From positions 31,000,001 to 31,064,000 of the forward strand of contig NC_135656.1 of the NCBI RefSeq assembly GCF_964188315.1: DNA of 64,000 bases. Reading direction: 5' to 3'. Of the stretch, positions 1 to 10,700 are shown in pieces (positions within the stretch are counted from its first letter, which is position 1; every line of letters begins with the position of its first letter). The notes beneath the pieces were generated by a model. It saw only the letters and a list, made by a program, of their open reading frames with translations, was not told the DNA's origin and ran no database searches. This DNA is from Podarcis muralis. Lineage: Eukaryota. The position numbers and the translations under genes were made by a program.

Positions 1-261
1 CCTCCCACTTATCCATTCAGGCCTGTAGCCAAACTTCCACAGTTTCACTTGGGACATTGGTTCACCTTCCCTTTGCACTTTTTGAAAAAGAGCTTTCGAA
101 ATGGTAAAATGACATCTTCCAGTTAACAACTCACAACTTGCTTTTTAGAACTGAGTGGGAGATGTTTTGAGAAACTAATTAGCAGCAAATGCTCCTCTTC
201 ATCTGAAGTGGTGGTAGTCCTGTCTCCCTTTACTTACTTGATCTGCTCAGCAGATCTCAGT

Positions 262-1133
262 GGAGAAGCTGGTATAATGTGGGCTGGTTTACTGACCGAA
301 CCCAAAGAGTGCTCACTAATTGTTCCTCGCCATCTTGGAAAAGAGTGACAAGTGGAGGGCCATAAGGTTCTGTCCTAGGCTCATTGTTGTTCAAATTTGC
401 AGATGGCACCTACTGGGAGGGTTGCTAATGCTGCAGAAGACAGAATCGGGATTCAAGATGACAGATTGGAGAACTGGGCCGAAACTAATAAAATGAATTT
501 AAATGGAGCAAATGTAAGGTTCTGCATTTATATAGAAAGAACCAGTTGTACTGGTCTTGCCAATAGTACGTGCGAAAAGAACCTAGAAGTCTTAGTAGAC
601 TACATGCTTAACATGAGTCTACAGCGTGATGCAGCAGCTGGTGTTACTCGACAGAAGTATAGGATCTCGATCAAAAGTAGTAATAGTACCACTCTATTCT
701 GCCTTGGTCAGACCATGGCAGACTGTGTCCATTTCTCGGTGCCACAATTTAAGAAGGATACAGTGGTACCTCAGGTTACATACGCTTCAGGTTACATATG
801 CTTCAGGTTACAGACTCCGCTAACCCAGAAATAATGCTTCAGGTTAAGAACTTTGCTTCAGGATGAGAACAGAAATCGTGCTCTGGTGGCGCAGTGGCAG
901 CAGGAGGCCCCATTAGCTAAAGTGGTGCTTCAGGTTAAGAACAGTTTCAGGTTAAGTATGGACCTCCGGAACGAATTAAGTACTTAACCTGAGGTACCAC
1001 TGTATTGACAAGCTGAAACGTGTGCAGAGGAAAGCGACCAAGATTATCAGGGTCTAGAAACCAAGCCATATGAGGAATAGTTGATGAAGTTGGGTATGTT
1101 TAGCCTGGAAAAGAGGAGACTGAGAGGAGATAT
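262..1133 (+). mobile_element. Degenerate CR1 LINE fragment (RT to near the 3' end), split by a MITE; boundaries approximate
   Basis: Decayed translation WKRVTSG.P.GSVLG...KFAD and FKKD|IDKLKRVQR...LGMFSLEKRRLRGD, typical of CR1 ORF2. Confidence 0.85.
761..1002. mobile_element. Tc1/mariner (pogo/Tigger-like) MITE, family A
   Basis: TIR CAGTGGTACCTC(A/G)GGTTA, TA duplicated at 759-760 and 1003-1004, internal CTTCAGGTTA repeats. Confidence 0.92.
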
Positions 1134-1826
1134 CAGGCCTCCTCCTGCAGCTGCTGCCACCGCGGGAGGGCCAAAGAGACCTCAGCCTCTAGGAGTTGGC
1201 TCCTATGTGTGGGAGAGTTGTTTTGAACATTGTAAAATCTGAACATTTTAAATAAAATAAATGGAGATACAAGAAATATAGGTATCTTGACACTGCTTCT
1301 TCCCATTCATCTTCTGGTAAATTTCCCCTTCCATTTCCTTTTTTTGGGGGGGAGAGGGAAGTGGTGACAATTTCCTTCTTCATAACGAACCTCTCCAGCA
1401 TTTGAGAGGGGGAGACTTTATGTGTCTCCTCTTCTTAACCTAGTAGGCAGTTTCGGTGCCGCTCTATCCCTTGAGCCACTGTCTCATCTCTGTGGTTCCT
1501 CCCCCTTCTGCTCCAGGTCCTCTAGCTTGTGCCTTACCCAGCATGTACCACAGCAGAAGAGAGTGTTGACAATAACAAACAGCAGTAGCAAGGGGGGGCA
1601 GGAATCCTTGGCTGTGTCACTTCTCTCCCCCAAGACCACGGGCGCCAAATATGGGGGGCCGTGAGTGTGGATATTTTCACCCCTTCCCATTGCAAGAATC
1701 TCCTGACAATGTTTTCAGAAAGGAGGGGGCAGAAACTGCTTTTCGCTTCTTCCGCTCCTGCCTGACTCTGTTGGAGTCTGAGTGTTATCTCTGTAAGTGA
1801 TTAGATGGCTGAGTGAGAATTGTAAC

Positions 1827-2090
1827 TGTTATGTACTTAAGTTCTCACCCTGGGCCAGCAGGGGGATACTGTAGAAAGTTTTCACTCAGGTCCGCATATG
1901 CAAATAAGGAATTTAAAGTGACGTTCAGTGATTGGATAGTTACAGAAAGTTGTTACTGTTGCTTTGTAGTTGAGCTCTATATAAGTAGGCTGGCTGAACC
2001 CTTCAGTTCAGTTCTGTTCTGGCCTGTGAATAAACAAGAGCTGTCTGAAGAATCACTGTGTCATCTAATATGTTCACCCACAACTTAACA
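1827..2090 (+). mobile_element. Solo LTR (264 bp)
   Basis: TGTTA...TAACA termini; 5-bp TSD GTAAC at 1822-1826 and 2091-2095; TATATAA 1978-1984; AATAAA 2029-2034. Confidence 0.85.
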
Positions 2091-3237
2091 GTAACACTCA
2101 TGCAGTCCAGTAGCCTCTTTGAGTTTTTAGTTTGCAGTAGCTGTTAGACAATAAAGGAGTTATGCTTCAGAGCTTTCTTCCGTGTTATTCATACTCTGCT
2201 GAGTTTGGTGCTCACAATGGACAGTTGTGGGTCCAGTGCACTTAGACCTGCTTTCCAGGAGTGGAAGGTCTCTGGAAGTGCTCTCCAGTTCGCTGGCCCA
2301 GTCGGGGCAGAAGAAGTTGAGCCCAGTCGTTGGCATTGGCTCAAAGGCGTACTGACAGTGGGGGCCAATCCCCCCCCCCAATCCAAATCAGAGTGCCGGC
2401 CCCCCAACTTCTGTGACAGCTGTATGCGCATACTGCAGGGCATGCATGCATGGTACATTGACGTCATGTGGCCCCTGTACCCCTTCAGTAACGGGGGGGG
2501 GGGGCAAGGTGGCACATGTGTCTGGGAGTCGTACCACTGCTGACATCCTTCCCACTCCATCCTCCAGGTGGCAGTGCCTGAGGCTGCGCTGTGGAGCCAC
2601 AGCGAAGGGGTGGAGCAGAGGGAGCTGGTCACTGAAGCTGCTCCACACTCAGCTCCATGCTTGGCTTTCTCCCCCCTCCTCAATTTTTTGGAACACTGGA
2701 GGGTGGCCTCCCCCCCCCCCCACAAAAATATTGAGGGAGGGGAGGCAAAAGAGCTTGGCCCGTAAGAGTTGGCAGCCCTGATCAGAGGTAGCCCTGATAC
2801 AGGCTGGTTAGCCCAGTCTTGCATCTACTAGAATAAAGAAATATTCAATTATGAAGTGTGAGATGTTCTTGACAGAACCAAACAGCTCCACCTGGCTGAT
2901 GAGGCGCCATGACAAATTTAAAATACAGAATTGCATTTACACCCTGTGAGATGTTACGGTAAATGGATTGGTTGTTACTGTAAATAAACCACGACTCCTG
3001 TGGTTTTGTTTGGTTTGGTTTAATTAGCTGTAATCTGACATGATGACTGAAATTGGATAAGTGCTGGGCATAAAGTAACTTCATTAAATGTTGTTTTCTG
3101 AAACTTTCCCTAATTTCCTCTTCTTGAACAGCTTTCTTGTTCAGTTGTTAGTTAGGCAATTTGGCCTTACTGTAAGGTGATTATACCATTGGCTGCCCTA
3201 TGTTTTTCAGAAGTGCTGCCTAACAAACCTTCCCTCA

Positions 3238-3238
<1 letters not shown>

Positions 3239-3276
<38 letters not shown>
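3239..3276. repeat. (CA)n microsatellite
   Basis: Read directly. Confidence 0.97.
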
Positions 3277-3279
<3 letters not shown>

Positions 3280-3663
3280 TTTATTGGTGCCACCCCAGAC
3301 AAGACCACAGAACAAACTGTCACAATACCCAAGGTTCTGGGACAATGCTCTTCCCACTCCCACACATTATTTCACATTTTTGGAAGCCTTGCCCTTCCCT
3401 GTCCCAACCTTATAACTGCATAACTGAGGAGGTCCACTTACTTCAGATTTTTCTCCTTTGATTGACATACAACTTCAAAACACAATGAAATGGCACCAAG
3501 TTAAAAAAAAACAAAAACCCTGTAAGAATACCTACCTGGCAAGAATCATATTATCTTTATCAAATGTGGAGATGTGAATAGTGACCTGGATAAACAAAAG
3601 GGTTGTATGGAGGGGGCCTCATTCAGGATTCACATTTAAAGAGTGCAGCATTTCAGGCCAGGC

Positions 3664-3710
<47 letters not shown>
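3664..3710. repeat. (AGAT)n microsatellite
   Basis: Read directly. Confidence 0.97.
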
Positions 3711-4455
3711 ATTTTCGTTGATCCTAAAACCTGGGGATTATATTTTCTCCATCAATACAGATAACTTTGCTTCCCTTGCTTTGTTGCTTTTTAATATTTT
3801 ATATTACCATGCCATTCTTTCTTCTGTCCTACCAACATGCTCTCTACAAACACTTTGCCTCACTGTGCTGAGACTTCCTTTGCATCCTCACCAATCCCAC
3901 ACACCCTCAACCCATCACCTAGCTTGTTTTAAGCATTTTTATGTCCACCCCTTCTACTGCCTGCTTTTCTGAGTGCTTCTCATGCCTCCTCTGGCTCAGG
4001 GGTGATTACAGCAGCAAGAGCTGGAGGGTGCTCCTCTCCCTTGCAATCTGCGCATAGATAAGTATCTGGGATGATGTGAACCTCTTATGTGAAAACATAC
4101 TTGTTCCATCTGGCAAGCTGTGGTGCCTCTGCAGACGGAACAAGTAGAAGAGTGAGACGTTAAATCCCCTCTCCATCTATAATTTTTAATATTATTAAGA
4201 TGACTACACACCTCTTCTCAGGAAAATTAGTAAACATGGGCCATTTAAATAATATCAGCATATAGCATAACTTTTTCTGAGAGGAAGAATAGTGTGTGAG
4301 TTTGGCTGGCTTGCTCATTGTGGCTTCGTACACACCGTTCATTCACCTGAAGGGCTGAAGATTTGCACCAGTGTGGGATGAGCAGGGCCAGCCCTAATAT
4401 TAGCTAAACTGGGACACCTGTAGATACGGAAAGGCAGGAAGTGAGCAGTGCTATA

Positions 4456-4697
4456 CAGTGGTACCTTGGGTTACATACGCTTCAGGTTACATATGCTTCA
4501 GGTTACAGACTCTGCTAACCCAGAAATAGTACCTCGGGTTAATAACTTTGCTTCAGGATGAGAACAGAAATTGTGCCGCGGCGGCGCGGCGGCAGCAGGA
4601 GGCCCCATTAGCTAAAGTGGTGCTTCAGGTTAAGAACAGTTTCAAGTTAAGAACGGACCTCCAGGACAAATTAAGTACTTAACCCGAGGTACCACTG
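4456..4697. mobile_element. MITE family A copy
   Basis: Same TIRs and body as 761-1002; TA flanks. Confidence 0.92.
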
Positions 4698-5835
4698 TAT
4701 CTGCTATGCATACAGTACTCTTACACAAGTCTCCATAGCCGGATGCTGACACTTACTTTATGAAAAATGCATCAAAACATTTCAATCCAAGCTAAGCAAC
4801 ACTTTATTTCTTTATCCAACCTAAGAAGCACTTTATTTGTCAATGATGTAATACCAGTTTGTGGTTGAATTACTTTTAGGACACCTTTAACAAATGCGAG
4901 GCATAAGGTGGCATAGCATCCTAGGACAGTGTTTTGAAACTAACACGAGCAAGAGAAGGACAGTTGGAGATTCACTTCTGCTTTGCAGCAACATTAATGT
5001 GAGGATTAGAGGGATTGTATCCATCTCATGACTAAAACCTGATGTGCCTTGGTGAGTACAAAACGCAACACAACGAAGTAGTCATACAAGCACCATAACT
5101 TTCTATTTTGACACCTTAATGGAAGCAGGTTCTACCAGTGTGTGGCAGTTGAGGGCTGATGTCACAAGAATCTTGTGGGAGTCATTGTTCCTCGACAGTT
5201 GAGTGACTTTCAGTTGGATGCCACCAAACCTGTTTGGTCAAAGCATAGACTTTGGTCAGAGAAAAGGTTGTAGTATCTTTTATTTTTTACAGTAATTTTT
5301 TTATTCGTTTTCCATTACAGTCCAATAATAGCCTCCTTATAACAATACCAATTTATAATGCAATTATTAATACCAATAGTTCAAATTCCGAACTATATGA
5401 TTTCGATAAAATGCCTCCCCACCGTGTGCTAGATTTGATAGTTTGATGATTTTCCTTTTTTTCTGTGTTCCAGAATCTTATTAATTTCAGTTACAGTCCG
5501 GTCATAAAAATAATCGCTTATACAACAACTGCAATATTAATAAATTCTGTTCATGTTGACACATTAAGTGATTTATAAAGCTACAAGGGAGGAACTCAAA
5601 ACTATGGGCTCAAACAAACAGGAGCTTAACCGTTTCCCTGCAGGCCATTTTCCCACTAAAAAAATCCCCTCCTGCAGCTGCCTTGCCACCTGCAGGGGAA
5701 ATATATTGTGTGTACATATCTTAAACTGTAAAGGAATTTTAAAATCAGGTTGTGATACAGTGGGGGAAGAGCGGGTCTAAGGTTCAAAGGGGAGGGTTAA
5801 AAATGCCCAAGCCCTTGGCTGTGCCTAACTAGCTA

Positions 5836-6061
5836 CAGTGGTACCTCGGGTTACATACGCTTCAGGTTACAGACTCCGCTAACCCAGAAATATTACCTCG
5901 GGTTAAGAACTTTGCTTCAGGATGAGAACAGAAATCGTGCTCCGGGGGCCTGGCGGCAGCGGGAGGCCCCATTAGCTAAAGTGGTGCTTCAGGTTAAGAA
6001 CAGTTTCAGGTTAAGTACGGACCTCCGGAACGAATTAAGTACTTAACCTGAGGTACCACTG
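5836..6061. mobile_element. MITE family A copy
   Basis: Same TIRs and body as 761-1002; TA flanks. Confidence 0.92.
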
Positions 6062-7416
6062 TACTTCTTTGCTGGACCAGGAAATGAGCCTTTTCTTTTT
6101 CTTTGTACCTTTCCTAGTGAAAACCCGCTCCTTAAAACTCAATTGGAGCAAATGGCAACCCACAGAAAACCTCAGTTGACATTTACTCTGATTGGGCGAT
6201 AAAGAGAGGACTTTCCTGAGGGGAGCTCCAGAACAAAAGAAAGAAAGACAAAAAAAGGGGGTACTTGGGCACAGAGCTTTTAACTGCGGACTTGTGATTG
6301 GAAACAGTGGGGCAAAAAAGTTAAGTGCAAGCTCTCACTCTACGTTTCCCTCTTTTGTGGACTTTTTAGAAGGAATCTTCAACGCTATCCTGTCTACCAT
6401 CTCTGCCTGTCAGCATATTGTCTTCCTTTCTTGGTGCTCCAAAATATGATCTACATCACTAACAAACTGGCAAGTGCACAGACTCTGCACCTGCCGAAAG
6501 CTAAACAATATATGACATTTATGTAGTATGTGATTTAATATTGTGTGTACGTGTGAGCATTTTAATGACGAACAATATTTGCAAAGGGATGGGTGATCAG
6601 GGTCAGGACTGCAGCGTTCAAGGAAGGGAAATTTAACCCCTTCCCTCTGCACTGTGGTCTCAGTGAGCCCTCCCTCGCCCCCCAAAAGCTACTATTTGGC
6701 ACAAAAGGGAAGTTCCACTGGCACCAATGGAACCTTCTCTCCCAACCAAATATCAGAGGGGCAGGGTTTAAATGGGGTAACAGCACAGGAGAAAAGTAGT
6801 CCCCTCTTCCATATGTGGTTCTTATTGGGATTTGGGGGGGGGGTCGCCTCTGGTTGCTATTTGTAATTTTAAGAACCCCAAGAACATAAGCAATGTTAAA
6901 ATCATGTTTCCCATCACATGCATGGCACTGCTATGGTCATTTAGGATGAAGACTTTAGCCCTGTACATGCAAAATATCTCCGTATAATCAACACATGGAC
7001 AGGCAGTGGGTGAAGCCATGCCTACTGGCTCCCCATATTAAAATATATGGAGGTTTGGATCACAAGGTGAGGGGCGTTAGATGATGAGGGCTACGGATGT
7101 GATCCAGCTCCTGTCTGACCTTTGCTGATTATACACAGATGCGTCAGATGCAAAGAGCTTTTACATGCCCTATAATTAAGCTGTCATCTGCAATTAAACC
7201 CAAATAATCTTTCCCTGCCCCCATTCAGTTGCAATGAATTCCATAGTGCAGATATGTATGGGGAAGCTAGAAAGCTTAGTTCCCAACAGGTTGGATAGGT
7301 ATTCTGAAACGTGTTGACAAGGATGTTTTCTTCTCAAGACAGGAAAGAAAGACTTTCCAGTTGGTTACCTGGTCAGGTTTTTTTCCTTTCAGGTGGTTTG
7401 CAACTGAGGAATCAAG

Positions 7417-7755
7417 ATGGCGACTGACAAACGACTGGACTTCATAGAGAATTACTGCACTCTCTTTCTCCATGTTAAGCCTGACAAATGGACCAAGTTT
7501 GCAACCAGTGAGGAAGTCCACTCCATGCTCAATGAGTTCTATGAGAAGCACGATGTGACAGCACTGGTGATCACGCTCAATCCCACTGGACAACTAGTTC
7601 CTTGTCTTGGCTTCCCAGCCACACTGAAGAACAAAGGAATTTATTTCGTGAAAAAGAGGCGTGAAAATGTTAACAAAGAGAACTTTCTGGATTTACTCCT
7701 TGTTGGAGATCTCAGCCCCTCCCCTGTAGAGCAGATGATGGCTGTCGTGGAAGAG
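7417..7755 (+). CDS. DNAH17: DNAH17 coding exon 1 (the exon starts at 7393 with 24 nt of 5'UTR)
   Basis: AG at 7391-7392, ATG at 7417, MATDKRLDF...MAVVEE, GT at 7756. Confidence 0.93.
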
Positions 7756-10700
7756 GTGGGCATCAAGTTTCTCTTAGCGGTCACTGAATGATATCTCTTT
7801 ATAAAGAAACATATGAGAGCGTAGTCATAAGAGAGAATGGGATGTATAGTTAATTTAGCTCCTTATTTTGGTTCCAACAGGATTCTCAATCTTTCATGAA
7901 GTTGCAGACGAAACTGCTGTGATGTGATGGATCTATCCTTTTCCAGTGTTGGACAAAGCCAGTCAGGCTTTGGGTCTGGAAGTGAGAGATCCTTCTCCTT
8001 AAGCCCATCATATCACCTACAACTGCAATAATGTAAATTTTAAACATTCACCTCACACAGTTGTTGTGAGGGTAGAATTCCTTCTCTGATGCGTCTTTGA
8101 GAAACAGCAGGCTTGAAGTGTAATAAATAAATAAAGCCTACCAGCTCCTGATCGTTAGGAAATGCCCCAAGTGTAAAAATTGCATTGCCACATTACCCTG
8201 GTGTGAAGGTTTCTATGGGGCTGCTCGTGCGTAAGCAGGCAACTATCTCCCTGGCTGGGTGCGAACACCTGGCCTGGCTGCCTAAGTAAACCTTATCTGT
8301 CCGGACGCCACTCACCCGTGGCTGACTCAGTCGCTGGCAGAATCCGTCAGTGGGCGTTTCTTAAACTTCTTCCAGCAAAGAAGCTCCTTGACGCCTAGTC
8401 TCCTCCTACCCTCTCTGCGCGAAAGCCTTCTGCGCAAGGAGGGCGTGGGCAACGGAGGACCCCTACTCTCCCCGCTGGTCCCAGGCAAGGAGTCATGGGA
8501 CCGCCTCGCCGCTTCCCCCATCTGCCCCCCTTCTCCACTGGTGCTACGCTGATTCTCTTCCCCAGAAGATGGGCTGCTTCTCCCGATCCCTGGACGCTCT
8601 CTGGAATCCCTCTGGCTTTTGCTCTCTCTGATGGCAGTTCCCTGACACCTGGCTATACTGGTTGATGATTAAATTCACCATATTCAAATTGTGCATTAAA
8701 AAACATTTAGGGTATGTCTGTGCCAGAGCCTTTCCTGGACTTGTCTGAACAACTGGTTCAGTCTGCACAAAATCCCTAATGTTCTCTCTAATTATGGTTC
8801 TGCCTCTTGTTGGTGTGGCAGAGTGTTACTCAGGATCCAGAGGCACTAATATTTTCCAGCGCTTTGGGACAGATGACATGATTAACATAGTCACTGGCAA
8901 GTTTATTATCCTCTTTGTAAATGCTCAAACCCAGCCCCTTGCTTTTCTTTGCACATGTTAAGCTATATAGGAAGCTGTCTTCCACCAGCTAAGAACTGCT
9001 TCCCACCTAGCCACAGCAATGCCTGCTCTGACTGGCAGCAGCTGTCCAGGCAGACATCACATCACCTGCTGCCTGGGATTGCTTTTACTGGAGGTGCAGG
9101 GAACTGAATGTGAGTAACCCAAAGAGCAGCACAGGAACATATGATGATGCAAGACAAAGACACAAACACAGAAGAATTGCAGCAAACAGCACTAACGTGG
9201 TCACTAATAATAATAATAATAGTAATAATAATAATACATTTTATTTATACCCCGACCTCCCCAGCCAGGGCAGCTAACAACCAATAATAAAAACAAGTTG
9301 ATTAAAATACAATTTAAAAAACAAGATTAAAATACAACATTAAAACATTAGGATGCAGCCTCTTCACAGGAGGAGAAAGGAAAAAGAAAGAGGGGGAGGG
9401 AATCAAACTGATTCTAAGCCAAAGGCCAGGTGGAACAACTCTGTCTTACAGGCCCTGTGGAAAGAAATCAGATCCTGCAGGGCCCTGGTCTCATGAGACA
9501 GAGCGTTCCACCAGGCCGGAGCCAGTGTTGAGAAGGCCCTGGCTCTGGTTGAGGCTAATCTAACTTCCTTAGGGCCAGGGACCTCTAGGGTGTTGCTATT
9601 TATGGACCTTAAGGTCCTCCGTGGGGCATACCAGGAGAGGCGGTCCTGTAGGTATGAGGGTCCTAGGCCATGAAGGGCTTTAAAGGTCAAAACCAGCACC
9701 TTAAATCTGACCCTGTACTTCACCGGGAGCCAGTGCAGCTGGAAAAGCACTGGGTGAATATGCTCCCATGGCAGAGACCCTGTGAGGAGCCTCGCTGCAG
9801 CATTCTGCACCCGCTGTAGTTTCTGAGACAGCTTCAAGGGCAGCCCCACGTAGAGCGAATTACAGTAGTCAAGCCTGGAGGTGAGCATCACATGGCTCAC
9901 TGTGGCCAGGTCGGGGCCTCCAGGTTTGCCCTGCCACCAGCTTCTCGTGGTCCCAGACTTACCACAACCTACTATCAAAGAGTGATTCCTGAGCATATTT
10001 GAGCACTGCAATGTTTTGGGACTGTGGCGGTGAGGGTTTGCCCATCTTTATAAAACTTGATATTTACAAAGCAGCCAACTCAACAAAAACTTTAAAAGGG
10101 GGAGAGGTACACAGGTATGGAGTTTGTTGCCCTTCTCAGCACTTTCTTTAGCTCAACAATATCGCCGTTGAGATGTGGCAAATATAACTTCTCCCAGTAT
10201 TCCAAATGTGGTCACACCACAGATCTGTAGAAAGGCATTGCAATATTGGCAGTTTTGTTTTGGATCCCTTTCCTAAATATCCCTAGTGTAGGATTTGCCC
10301 TTTTCACAGCTTCTGCATGCTGGGCTGCCTGACAAAGCCTAACAGTGCAATTCTGTCCTCAAGTTATTCCAGCTGGGCAGGGCTAGGCTCACTGCCATGT
10401 TCCTGCACTGGTGAAAGGCAATACATTGAAATGGTGCATTACCATTGCACCAGTGTAATGTAATACTGATGTTATGATGGCATTGCAGTGGTGTGGTGGC
10501 TGTCAGAATCATAGGACCATGACTTCCAAAAAAGACGTTCCAGCTACTGGGGTGTTTAAAAAAAGAGGCTGGACTTTTCCAGAAAACTTTTAGATTTTAT
10601 TAAAAATAATTCGATACAGTGTTGTGATCAGTAATGTTTGAAACAGAGCAATTATTTCCCTCTAGGTGGTCTATTCCTTATTTATGAAGCACGAAAACCT

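Noticed and set aside
1484-1690. Minus-strand 68-aa ORF with a hydrophobic stretch (LLLLFVIVNTLFCC)
   Set aside because: It is short, has no recognisable family, and has no supporting neighbouring exons. Most likely chance.
2189-2824. 211-aa minus-strand ORF and a CRE palindrome at 2459-2466
   Set aside because: The region is GC-rich with G/C homopolymer runs and ends in AGTTGGCAGCCCTG, resembling a decayed DNA-transposon terminus. The protein has no recognisable motif.
761-6061. Near-identical dispersed repeats with internal CTTCAGGTTA units, superficially CRISPR-like
   Set aside because: These are TIR/TA-flanked MITE copies in a eukaryotic genome, with no repeat-spacer periodicity and no cas genes.
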